A stretch of 64,000 nucleotides of DNA. It comes from a virus (taxonomy: Duplodnaviria > Heunggongvirae > Uroviricota > Caudoviricetes). Shown one piece after another: positions 55,968 through 63,956 of the stretch. The notes beneath the pieces are model-generated. The model worked only from the letters and a program-made list of their open reading frames with translations, made no database searches and was not told the origin of the DNA. Within the stretch, counting starts at the first letter, position 1. The number at the start of each line of letters is the position of its first letter. The stretch spans positions 79,136 through 143,135 of IMG/VR virus record IMGVR_UViG_2595698618_000001. One strand, given 5' to 3'. The translations under genes were made by a program, and so were the position numbers.

Positions 55968-56032
55968 TGTCGGTTATCCTCCTGTGAGGGCGAGCCAAAT
56001 CGCAAAAAGTATCAGGAGGAATACAATTACCT

Positions 56033-56716
56033 CTACCACGCAACCTCCTTGAAGAATACCTTGTGGTCTGACGTGTCACCACGCTGATAGTCGAACAGCG
56101 CCCATTGGAACAGGAAGGAACTGCCGGTTTCTTCTACGAGGGTCGGGAAGTGCGACTTGATTTCATCGACAGCGGCCTCGTACTTTTCCACGACCACAGT
56201 AGTCGGGCGTTCCGTACCTGTAGCCTGCATTACATTAGTGTCGATACACATCTTTTCCGTAAACCCGAGCATCGCTAAGACGAACGGGGCTTTTGCAGGA
56301 CCAACACCCTTGAAATTATCAAGGACGAACTTGTGTGCCTTGTCTAATTCGTCCGACATTAGGAGATTAGCGACCTTCTCCCACTCGCGGCCAGACTGAA
56401 GCGAATCCATAATGTAATCCGCCTTATTCTTGTAGTAGTTGCACGACTTGATTGAATCCCGAATTTCCGAAACGGAAAGGGGAAGCCCATTAGCGAACAG
56501 GTTCCGAAACGCCTTTTCGTGAACGTTGACAGGTGTTTGAACTGACAGGACCGCCCAAGCGTGACTCTTTTGAAGCATTTCCACTTTGACCGACATATCA
56601 CTATTCTCGAATTTCTTGCGAGTGAATAGTAATTCGTTCCGAACCTTACGGTAGTGGGTACGGTTGCGGCGGAAGTGGTTCGTTGCGTGCAGGGCCGTTA
56701 TCGGGTCCATACCCAT
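56033..56716 (-). CDS. array gene: hypothetical protein (227 aa)
   Basis: ATG + promoter. Confidence 0.5.
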   Translation of the reverse strand: MGMDPITALHATNHFRRNRTHYRKVRNELLFTRKKFENSDMSVKVEMLQKSHAWAVLSVQTPVNVHEKAFRNLFANGLPLSVSEIRDSIKSCNYYKNKADYIMDSLQSGREWEKVANLLMSDELDKAHKFVLDNFKGVGPAKAPFVLAMLGFTEKMCIDTNVMQATGTERPTTVVVEKYEAAVDEIKSHFPTLVEETGSSFLFQWALFDYQRGDTSDHKVFFKEVAW

Positions 56717-56767
56717 AGTAGGGGAGTGACTGTATTAAGGCTTTCGGTTGGCTCCTCCGAGCGGTAG

Positions 56768-56820
56768 TTTTATATACCATAATCCTCCTCGTGCCACGAG
56801 GAGTATACCCCTATAAAAAG
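56768..56820. repeat. array repeat copy 12 (perfect palindrome)
   Basis: Direct reading. Confidence 0.8.
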
Positions 56821-56852
56821 ATGCCGGTGCGCCTTCGCGTTATTACCGGCTT

Positions 56853-57266
56853 CTACTTGCGGTGCTTGAGGCGGCGGTTCATCGTGGTTCGCACACTCTC
56901 CTGAGCGTTCTGCTCCACGGGGGAGAGGCTCTCGAAGTCGCCCACGTAGTTGCCAGAGTATTCGATAGTCTCCGGCACAGTACCGTCCACGGGGTTACTC
57001 TTGAGGGAAGTCAGGCGAGCGTCATCGAAGTGACCCTTCACTCTGTCGATGTGGTTGTCCGTAGTCTTCGACGTACCGTAGTGGCCCTCGTACACGAGAA
57101 TGTCGCCAGTAGGCGTCACTTCCGCGATACGCGCCCAATCGTAGGACAGAAGCGCGACGTTCCCATTACCGAGACGCACGGTGTTGATGGAGCAGGACGG
57201 GATGGTACGGTTCGGCGTGTGGTTGTCGAACGCTTCGAGCAGGTCGGCGGTGGTGTTGACGTACAT
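56853..57266 (-). CDS. array gene: hypothetical protein, paralog of 53754..54167
   Basis: Shared motif pattern. Confidence 0.55.
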   Translation of the reverse strand: MYVNTTADLLEAFDNHTPNRTIPSCSINTVRLGNGNVALLSYDWARIAEVTPTGDILVYEGHYGTSKTTDNHIDRVKGHFDDARLTSLKSNPVDGTVPETIEYSGNYVGDFESLSPVEQNAQESVRTTMNRRLKHRK

Positions 57267-57360
57267 AGTCGGATTTGTCGGAGGGCTTCTTTGTCCCTCC
57301 TTACTCTATCCAAAGAGAGGCATACGTATAAACCTGTCGCTTCTCTCGCCAGTCGGTAGT

Positions 57361-57413
57361 TTTATATACCATAATCCTCGCCATGTCACGAGGAGTAAAC
57401 CCCTATATAAAAG
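57361..57413. repeat. array repeat copy 13
   Basis: Direct reading. Confidence 0.75.
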
Positions 57414-57431
57414 TATCGCCCGCCGTCGCCT

Positions 57432-57899
57432 TCAGCCAGTCGGCGTCGTGCTTTTCGTAGCCGGGCACTTCTGGCACGAGTATTTCGTCGCTACCCGAGC
57501 GTTGTGCTTTTGGTGAGGATTCGTACACTTCCAGTCGTGCGAGTCACCGTCCGTACACGTCGCGTCACGGTTGGCACACTTGCCACACTTCACGCCAGCG
57601 AAGCCCGTGCTTACGTTGTTCTCGAACGGGAAGGTATCGCTACACTTCTTGCACACGAGTCGGTCTTCTGACACGAGCCACGACACGACTTTCTCAACTT
57701 CCGACACGTCCATCAGGTCAGACGGTCGAAACGCTTCGGGGACTATCTTCGGGTTCTCCTCGATTACGCTGAGATAAACCGCCTTACCGTCAATCCACGC
57801 ACCGGGTTCGGACGCACCCATACGTGAGTCGGGGCCACGGACTTGCTGGATAGTCACGTCTCGCCCGTTCGCTTCGTATTCTGCCTTGTAGTGAGGCAT
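57432..57899 (-). CDS. array gene: Cys-rich protein (multiple CxxC)
   Basis: ATG + promoter. Confidence 0.5.
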   Translation of the reverse strand: MPHYKAEYEANGRDVTIQQVRGPDSRMGASEPGAWIDGKAVYLSVIEENPKIVPEAFRPSDLMDVSEVEKVVSWLVSEDRLVCKKCSDTFPFENNVSTGFAGVKCGKCANRDATCTDGDSHDWKCTNPHQKHNARVATKYSCQKCPATKSTTPTG

Positions 57900-57957
57900 A
57901 CCCTACCTTGGGGCTATGGGTACTTAATCCTGTCGGTACGCTCGTGCGAGGGTAAGG

Positions 57958-58010
57958 TTTATATACCATAACGCTCGTCTTGCACGAGGAGTATACCACT
58001 ATAAAAAGGT
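57958..58010. repeat. array repeat copy 14
   Basis: Direct reading. Confidence 0.75.
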
Positions 58011-58030
58011 TTCGCCGCACCGCCCGCCCC

Positions 58031-58423
58031 TTACTTCAGGGGTTCGTAGTCGTAACGAGCCGCCCTTTCGTTCACCATCGTAGTGCAGTATTCTATGTCG
58101 TACTTCTCGATGGCCGCGCCAGCGTTGCGGATTTTTGCAGGACCGAACACTTCGAGGAGAAGCGGCGTGTTACTCCCGTCAGCGTGCAGGAATGCGTCGA
58201 ACAGGTAGCCCTTCCAGAGTTTCGTGAAGAAGCCGCCAGCCACCTCACACGGGTTCCGGCCTTCTTCGAGGACCGTACCACCGTATCCCGAATCGAGTTC
58301 CTGCCGAACGCTGTGCCGACCCTCAGCCGCCGACAGGTACACCGAGATGAACGCCTCACTCGCGCCAGCGTCTTTCAGGTCAGCCGTGCCAAACTTCCGC
58401 TCGTTGTTGGAGTGTTGCTCCAT
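58031..58423 (-). CDS. array gene: hypothetical protein
   Basis: ATG + promoter. Confidence 0.5.
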   Translation of the reverse strand: MEQHSNNERKFGTADLKDAGASEAFISVYLSAAEGRHSVRQELDSGYGGTVLEEGRNPCEVAGGFFTKLWKGYLFDAFLHADGSNTPLLLEVFGPAKIRNAGAAIEKYDIEYCTTMVNERAARYDYEPLK

Positions 58424-58480
58424 ACCCTTTCTTGGAGAGGTACTGTATTAAGCGTTTCGGTATGAAGCCGCGTCGAAGCC

Positions 58481-58532
58481 TTTAAGTACCATAACGCTCC
58501 TCGTGCCACGGGAAGTATACCACTATAAAAAG
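58481..58532. repeat. array repeat copy 15
   Basis: Direct reading. Confidence 0.75.
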
Positions 58533-58544
58533 ATTCCGGCTACC

Positions 58545-58811
58545 CTACCAAGGCTCAACCGTAGGGTCGCGTGTCATTTCATGCATCATTTGAGCCTGCC
58601 GGTCGCGTTCCATCTCACAGTACGGGCACTCGCCAGACGGGTACGGGCTTTTTCGCAGTTCATGAATCGTGCAACAAACGTCGGGGTCGTCGCTCGTGAA
58701 ACGCCCGCAGTCGGTGCAACGGTTCACGCCCTCGCCCGCAGGGTGTCCCTTGACGAAGCCGCAGGACTGGCAAAACGTCGCTACTTTGAGTCGGCCAAGT
58801 TCTCGGGCCAT
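58545..58811 (-). CDS. array gene: zinc-ribbon protein
   Basis: CQSCG...CTDCG...CPYC. Confidence 0.5.
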   Translation of the reverse strand: MARELGRLKVATFCQSCGFVKGHPAGEGVNRCTDCGRFTSDDPDVCCTIHELRKSPYPSGECPYCEMERDRQAQMMHEMTRDPTVEPW

Positions 58812-58868
58812 ACTCTGTATAGGGGTTAGGGGTACTTAAACCTGTCGCCATGAATCATGGTCGAAGGG

Positions 58869-58920
58869 TTTATATACTATAATACTCGTCGTGCCACGAG
58901 GAGTATACCACTATAAAAAG
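58869..58920. repeat. array repeat copy 16
   Basis: Direct reading. Confidence 0.75.
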
Positions 58921-58944
58921 GTTCCGCCCAAGCCACCGCTTGCT

Positions 58945-59190
58945 TTATCGGTCGTGCTTTGCCGCTTCTTTCACCGCCGCCTTTCGCGCCTTCGAGTGAG
59001 GCACGCCCTTCTTTTCCACGAGGCGGTTCGTGAGGCGCACGGCAAGGTCTTCTTGCCCTTCGGTGAGGCCAGCGTCGAACGAGGCGATGCGCGTGTGTCC
59101 GTCCCAATGGTCGGGCATCACTCCGGCCATACCCTCGTCCTGCTCGTTCGTGTAGGCTCTCATATCGAATCCGCTTTGGCTTTCTGCCAT
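58945..59190 (-). CDS. array gene: hypothetical protein
   Basis: ATG + promoter. Confidence 0.5.
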   Translation of the reverse strand: MAESQSGFDMRAYTNEQDEGMAGVMPDHWDGHTRIASFDAGLTEGQEDLAVRLTNRLVEKKGVPHSKARKAAVKEAAKHDR

Positions 59191-59247
59191 ACTCTATACT
59201 TATCGCATACCCACTTAAGTCTGTCGCTTCGAGGCGGCGTCGATACC

Positions 59248-59300
59248 TTTATATATCATAATACTCCTCGTGCCACGAGGAGTAAACCCATATAAAAAGG
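59248..59300. repeat. array repeat copy 17 (perfect 11-bp arms)
   Basis: Direct reading. Confidence 0.8.
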
Positions 59301-59314
59301 TTTCGCCCGCTCGC

Positions 59315-59752
59315 TTACCGGAGGTAACTGTATTCCTGTTCGCCCACTTCCGCGAGGTCGGGGTACTCTTTGGCGAGGGTACTCGCGTTGACGCTCACGA
59401 AGTCGTGGAAGTTGATGCCCTTCGCCACCGCACGCATCACCACAGACGTTTCATCTTCCGCGAGGTACTTCCGGTGGCTCTCGATGTGGCTGATTCCGAG
59501 GAGGCTCTCGCCCGGAGCCACACGCTCCTTGAGTTCGGCGTCGGCCACGTCTTTCCGCACAGACTCGCTCACTTTCTCCACGGCCTTGATAGCCTCACGG
59601 AGTCGGACGAGTTCGGTGTTCGTCATTGCCGCAACGTCCATCGCATCGAGCGAATCGAGTTCACTCTCGATTGCCCACAGGTTCGCCGTGGTGTCGCTGT
59701 TGTTCGTCGGCGTGGTGCTGGTTGACGCGATTGCGGCTTCGTTGTCTTCCAT
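59315..59752 (-). CDS. array gene: hypothetical protein
   Basis: Start trimmed to ATG (MEDNEA). Confidence 0.45.
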   Translation of the reverse strand: MEDNEAAIASTSTTPTNNSDTTANLWAIESELDSLDAMDVAAMTNTELVRLREAIKAVEKVSESVRKDVADAELKERVAPGESLLGISHIESHRKYLAEDETSVVMRAVAKGINFHDFVSVNASTLAKEYPDLAEVGEQEYSYLR

Positions 59753-59814
59753 TGCGTATGAACACAAGGGAGGTAGTGGTATAAGTCTTGTGGTGTGTTG
59801 TTACTACCACAACC

Positions 59815-59866
59815 TTTAAGTACCATAATCCTCCTCGTGCCATGCGGAGCATAACACTATATAAAA
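59815..59866. repeat. array repeat copy 18
   Basis: Direct reading. Confidence 0.75.
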
Positions 59867-60001
59867 GTACCGCCCGCCTACCTCAAAAGCCGCACTTGTG
59901 GCAGACGAGGACGTTCCCAACGCCTTCTCCCGCGTACATCGGTACGAGTTCCATCCGCTCCTCGCACCGCTCGCACCAGTCGTATTGAGTGAGCGTCGGC
60001 A

Positions 60002-60208
60002 TTATTCGATGAACAGAACGCCGCGTGCGTGCATCAGTTTATCCACCTGAACTGTCGCCTCGGGGAAGTGAATCTCCGAACCGTCGCCTAACGCGAGACG
60101 CTCGCCGTGGAAGTTGAGTGCGCCCGCGTCACCGATTGGCTCGCCCTCGTCCGAGTGCGCGACGTACTTGCCCGCTCGCTTCACGACCGAAGTGGCTTTG
60201 CTTGCCAT
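60002..60208 (-). CDS. array gene: hypothetical protein (~68 aa)
   Basis: Track start in repeat (GTG); internal ATG (MASKATS). Coordinates ±2 nt. Confidence 0.4.
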   Translation of the reverse strand: MASKATSVVKRAGKYVAHSDEGEPIGDAGALNFHGERLALGDGSEIHFPEATVQVDKLMHARGVLFIE

Positions 60209-60265
60209 ACCTTTGCTACGAGGGATAGGGTAATAAGTGTTTCGCCGTGTTGTTACTACCCGAAG

Positions 60266-60319
60266 GCTTAAGTAGGGTAATCCTCCTCGTGCCACGAGGA
60301 GTAAACCCCTATAAAAAGG
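60266..60319. repeat. array repeat copy 19 (perfect)
   Basis: Direct reading. Confidence 0.8.
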
Positions 60320-60328
60320 TTTCGCCCC

Positions 60329-60538
60329 TTACGCTTCTTCGCAGGGCGTGTAGGTGTCGCAAGTCGGGCACAATTCAGCCACGCCGCCGTACTCGCGTAG
60401 GGCGATGGCCTTGCCCCCGTAGGCTACGGGGAAGACGGTGTTACACTCTTGGCACTCAAGGGCGTGGGTCGCCCACAGGTCGGTGTCAGCGTCGAATCCC
60501 ACACGAGTCCTCTCGTCAGCAGTCTGGCTCTCTGCCAT
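60329..60538 (-). CDS. array gene: zinc-ribbon protein
   Basis: CQECN...CPTCD. Confidence 0.5.
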   Translation of the reverse strand: MAESQTADERTRVGFDADTDLWATHALECQECNTVFPVAYGGKAIALREYGGVAELCPTCDTYTPCEEA

Positions 60539-60597
60539 GATTCTACCTACGAGGGATAGGGTAATAAGTGTTTCGATGTTGGCTCATGAACGTAAGC

Positions 60598-60650
60598 CTT
60601 ATATACCATAACGCTCGTCGTGCCACGAGGAGTAATCCCCTATATAAACC
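60598..60650. repeat. array repeat copy 20
   Basis: Direct reading. Confidence 0.75.
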
Positions 60651-60698
60651 TTCCGCCTGCTTCTACTTCCGCAAAAAAGTGTCGCTTCTCTGAGGCTT

Positions 60699-60986
60699 CT
60701 ACTTCTCGACGTAGGCCACCTTGCCAATGTCGCTGTATCGCCCGAGGCCGTCGTGGTGTCCGTGGATGTACCCAATGTCGCTGTACCACGTATGGGTGTC
60801 CATTTCTGCCTGAAGGTTGCTCGTCGGCTTGAAGCACACGTCTCCGAAACTCGTGGAATCGACCGTCGCCTCGAAAGAGCGAACGCCGAGGTGTCCCGCC
60901 GCTCGGGAATTGACGTGAACGATAACCGTGTCGCCTGCTTCGAGGTCTTCCGCGCTAACACGTTCGAGGGTGGAGTTTTGCTCCAT
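60699..60986 (-). CDS. array gene: hypothetical protein
   Basis: ATG + promoter. Confidence 0.5.
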   Translation of the reverse strand: MEQNSTLERVSAEDLEAGDTVIVHVNSRAAGHLGVRSFEATVDSTSFGDVCFKPTSNLQAEMDTHTWYSDIGYIHGHHDGLGRYSDIGKVAYVEK

Positions 60987-61068
60987 ACTCTATACAGGAG
61001 GGGAGGGTATATAAGGTTGTCGCATCACATCTAATCTCATGAAATAAACCCTGCAAGTAAGGGTAACG

Positions 61069-61121
61069 CTTATATACCAAAAGACTCCTCATGCCACGAG
61101 GAGTAAACCCCTATATAAAAG
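61069..61121. repeat. array repeat copy 21
   Basis: Direct reading. Confidence 0.75.
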
Positions 61122-61145
61122 TTCCGCCTGACGCTCCGCCTCGCG

Positions 61146-61328
61146 CTATCGCACCACGCCGAGCCTTCGGTTCAGAGCGGGGCTTTCCAGACGCCGCTTC
61201 GCCGCCTCCGCCTCACGCTTGCTCTCGTGTCGCTCTAACACACGCTCCTCGACGCCGAAGGGCGTACTGGTGTGCGCGATTACCTTCCACTTGCCTTGCT
61301 CCGAGTTGATGGCCTTCTGTCGTGCCAT
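61146..61328 (-). CDS. array gene: basic small protein
   Basis: ATG + promoter. Confidence 0.45.
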   Translation of the reverse strand: MARQKAINSEQGKWKVIAHTSTPFGVEERVLERHESKREAEAAKRRLESPALNRRLGVVR

Positions 61329-61386
61329 ACTACTACTCTATCGGGTAAGGTAATAAGTCTTCTGGTGTGTTGTCGCTACCAATACC

Positions 61387-61440
61387 TTTAAGTAGGGTAA
61401 TCCTCCTCGTGCCACGAGGAGTAAACCCCTATATAAAAGT
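61387..61440. repeat. array repeat copy 22 (perfect)
   Basis: Direct reading. Confidence 0.8.
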
Positions 61441-61456
61441 TCCGCCCGAGTTTCCT

Positions 61457-61717
61457 TCAGCGTTTCGCGGGCTTGAAGTAAGCCACCTCGTCGTCAATCC
61501 CGTCAGCCCACCACGCTGTACCCTCCTCGAAGTCGTCGCACTCCGCTTGTGCCGCTTCCTTCGAGTGGAAGGCTTCGGTTCGGTAGAGTTCGTTCCCGTC
61601 CTCGTCAAACGCCGCGAGTTCCCACGGGGGAGCGTCCTGTTGCTCTAACCGCCGCATCTCTCGCATATGCTTGCGTTCCGAGGCCATCGACGCCATTCCG
61701 TCAGGGGTTCGTCCCAT
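61457..61717 (-). CDS. array gene: hypothetical protein
   Basis: ATG + promoter. Confidence 0.5.
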   Translation of the reverse strand: MGRTPDGMASMASERKHMREMRRLEQQDAPPWELAAFDEDGNELYRTEAFHSKEAAQAECDDFEEGTAWWADGIDDEVAYFKPAKR

Positions 61718-61776
61718 ACCTCTACCAAGGGTAGCTATCGTATTAAGTGTTTCGGTTCGCTCGCACGAGGGGAAGG

Positions 61777-61826
61777 TTTATATACCATAACACTACTCGT
61801 GCAAGGCGAGTAAACCCCTATAAAAA
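61777..61826. repeat. array repeat copy 23 (variant palindrome TACTCGtgcaaggCGAGTA, same type as copy 2)
   Basis: Direct reading. Confidence 0.75.
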
Positions 61827-61852
61827 CATTGCGCCTTCCGCAAGTTTCGCTC

Positions 61853-62104
61853 CTACTGCGAGCCGCGCACCATCCTCCGGCCAGTCTCAACCTTGCCCTT
61901 ATCTTCCACGTCGAAGCCCGCATCATACAAGTCCGTCAGGAGGTTGACGTAATCCTTCGCGTCACGGGCCGCCTCGATGAACACCGTCACGTCAGTCGTC
62001 AGACCACTACTGCCAACGTTAACCTCCATTGACACTTGGCTGACGTTCTCGTAATCCATCTTGATTTGCTGGACGGCCTTGCGCGGGTTGGTTGCTTCAA
62101 CCAT
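61853..62104 (-). CDS. array gene: hypothetical protein
   Basis: ATG + promoter. Confidence 0.5.
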   Translation of the reverse strand: MVEATNPRKAVQQIKMDYENVSQVSMEVNVGSSGLTTDVTVFIEAARDAKDYVNLLTDLYDAGFDVEDKGKVETGRRMVRGSQ

Positions 62105-62160
62105 ACTCTTACTCTATTTGCCAAGGGTATAAGTCTTCCGGTATCAAACGCCGTCGAAGC

Positions 62161-62212
62161 CTTTATGTATCATAACACTCCTCGTGCCACGGGGAGCAAA
62201 CCCCTATATAAA
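62161..62212. repeat. array repeat copy 24
   Basis: Direct reading. Confidence 0.75.
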
Positions 62213-62226
62213 TCCTGCGGCCAGCC

Positions 62227-62289
62227 CTAACTCGTCAGAGCCAGCCAAGCCGCAAATATCAGCAGGATTACAAGTCCTTCAACTATCAT
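62227..62289 (-). CDS. hydrophobic micro-ORF (MIVEGLVILLIFAAWLALTS), one of three conserved copies
   Basis: TAAATG junction after 62290..62562; similar peptides at ~48896..48965 and ~55985..56045. Confidence 0.35.
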   Translation of the reverse strand: MIVEGLVILLIFAAWLALTS

Positions 62290-62562
62290 TTACTCCACGA
62301 TTTCGTAACCCATTTTCTCCATCCGGTACTTCGCGTGGTCGCGCTTCTCCTCCTCGAATTTTGAGGCGATTCCCGCGAGTTCGCCCGAGGTGAAGTGGTC
62401 CACCTCCTGCCAGTCACGCGCCGCGTCGTAGACGTTGAACGAGTAGCCGCCGTACCAGACACACGCGAGGCCGTCGTCGTTGAATCCGATGAGTTTCGCG
62501 CCGTCCGTCGCTCGGGTAACTTTCTGCGCCATACCGCTTCTGGTTGCGTTGACTCCAACCAT
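62290..62562 (-). CDS. array gene: hypothetical protein
   Basis: ATG + promoter ggaaggTTTATACC 23 nt upstream. Confidence 0.5.
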   Translation of the reverse strand: MVGVNATRSGMAQKVTRATDGAKLIGFNDDGLACVWYGGYSFNVYDAARDWQEVDHFTSGELAGIASKFEEEKRDHAKYRMEKMGYEIVE

Positions 62563-62619
62563 ACTATACCATTATCGCGTTAGGGTATAAACCTTCCGGT
62601 TCGTCGCCCCGCCGGTAAC

Positions 62620-62672
62620 TTTATATACCATAATACTCCTCGTGCCACGGGGAGCAAACACCTATATAAAAG
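62620..62672. repeat. array repeat copy 25
   Basis: Direct reading. Confidence 0.75.
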
Positions 62673-62979
62673 CACCGCAAAGCCGCCCGCCTTTCTTACA
62701 GGCAGGCCGCGATAAATCCAATCAGGCCGATTCCCCACAACACCGCACCAAACAGGGCAACTTTCACTTGAGGTGTCATTTAGATGATGTGTCGCAGGGG
62801 GTTCTTGTGTTCGCAGGGGAAACCGCCGTCCACCTCAGTCTTGTTACCGCACGGACAAATTGGGTGTCCAAATTGGTCTTGGGTGAAGCCTTCGGGTAGG
62901 AGTTCGCTTGGTATCTCCATACTCTGTATAGTATCGGGGGTATATTAAGCCTTTCGGTTCGCTCGTCCGAGGGAAACGC

Positions 62980-63031
62980 TTATATAGGTGTTTCCTCCTC
63001 GTGCCATGGGGAGTATTCGGGTATATAAACT
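62980..63031. repeat. array repeat copy 26 (most divergent, terminal)
   Basis: Direct reading. Confidence 0.7.
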
Positions 63032-63052
63032 TTCGGGTAGGGGCCAAAATTG

Positions 63053-63122
63053 CGAAATACTGAAATGCTGACAGGATTCCGAAATGTCGAAATACTGAAA
63101 TGTCGAAAAGCCGAAATGCTGA
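63053..63122. repeat. ~8 tandem copies of 8-bp unit (c/t)GAAAT(G/A)(C/T)T
   Basis: cgaaatac tgaaatgc tgac... cgaaatgt cgaaatac tgaaatgt cgaaaagc cgaaatgc tgac. Confidence 0.6.
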
Positions 63123-63126
63123 CTAC

Positions 63127-63250
63127 TTGACAGATTGCTGACTGTCAACCGAATTTCATGAATCAGCCGACATATCAGCGAATTGATATGTTAGCTATTT
63201 CATGATTTTGGGAAGTGTCAATTCCCAAAGGGGTTATCCACCCCCTTTAT
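63127..63250. promoter_or_regulatory. structured noncoding region: palindrome TTGACAGattgctgaCTGTCAA, direct repeats ATTTCATGA, hairpins GGGAAgtgtcaaTTCCC and AAAGGGGttatccaCCCCCTTT followed by TATTTC
   Basis: Direct reading; shares the 'tttcatgat...agtgtca' motif with 46806..46835. Confidence 0.4.
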
Positions 63251-63251
63251 T

Positions 63252-63956
63252 TCAGAGGGAGTGGAACCACTCGTAATCTCGAAGGTCGTCGAAGTTAACC
63301 ATGTAGGTTTCCTGAAGTTTCTTCGTTACGTCGGTGTAGTCGTCGGACACAACGATTTTGTCACCGACCCAACCGTAGAAACGAAGTTCGGCGTTTCCGT
63401 CGAATTTCAGGCCGTGAATCCCGTGAGTGAAACTTTTCAGTTGAATGAACGTTTCACCTTCCTGAAAGTCCTGACCGGCGAGGTCGTTCGACTCCCAAAG
63501 TTTCGAGATTCCTGACATGTCGGCCACTTGACTCTCAGCCAGCCAACCCTTAGCGACGATGTATAGGTTGTATGACATAACGGCCTCCGCGACTTCGCGC
63601 GAAAGGTCGTCGTCGTATTCCATCAGGTTGCTGACAGAATCCTCGAATTGACCGGATTCTATCAGGTGGCTGACAGCCTCGGGAATCGTGTAATCGAAAT
63701 TAACGAACCGCGCCGTGAAGACCGAACGGTTAGTCTGATTGACAGCACCTTTTTCCGCCGGGAGCGACCACGAACGAAACGCCGCGTTTCCTTCACGGAC
63801 CTGACGGGCGAAATTAGCGAATGCCGGTTTTCTGACACCAATCATGTCAGATTCCAGAGGTGCGAAGAAAATGTCATTTTCCTCACAGATTTCGCTGACG
63901 GTCGCCGCGACGTTTTCCGCGCTTTTCTCCGCGTCGGCTTGGGTTATCTGACCCAT
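63252..63956 (-). CDS. hypothetical protein (234 aa)
   Basis: ATG + promoter ccggaaCACTTATAC 22 nt upstream. Confidence 0.55.
   Translation of the reverse strand: MGQITQADAEKSAENVAATVSEICEENDIFFAPLESDMIGVRKPAFANFARQVREGNAAFRSWSLPAEKGAVNQTNRSVFTARFVNFDYTIPEAVSHLIESGQFEDSVSNLMEYDDDLSREVAEAVMSYNLYIVAKGWLAESQVADMSGISKLWESNDLAGQDFQEGETFIQLKSFTHGIHGLKFDGNAELRFYGWVGDKIVVSDDYTDVTKKLQETYMVNFDDLRDYEWFHSL

Noticed and set aside
49565-62899. Plus-strand ORFs beginning MPRGV(Y/N)(H/P)YKK... (49565..49774, 58503..58829, 58891..59295, 59270..59725, 60620..60832, 61091..61309, 62184..62393, 62642..62899). Also minus-strand ORF N-termini MARGG(F/L)... (50469..51293, 55746..55943, 60002..60295)
   Set aside because: They all initiate at GTG inside the palindromic core of the array repeat (gtgccacgaggag...). 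The repeated 'protein' N-terminus is just the repeat translated. The plus-strand ORFs are antisense to promoter-supported genes. For the minus-strand ORFs I trimmed starts to the downstream ATG that has a BRE/TATA promoter.
49543-63031. Could the regularly spaced repeats be a CRISPR array?
   Set aside because: Repeat units are ~52 bp but imperfect. 'Spacers' are 320-870 bp, each containing a promoter plus a codon-biased ORF. There is no leader or cas context. A CRISPR array would have 25-50-bp spacers and near-identical repeats.
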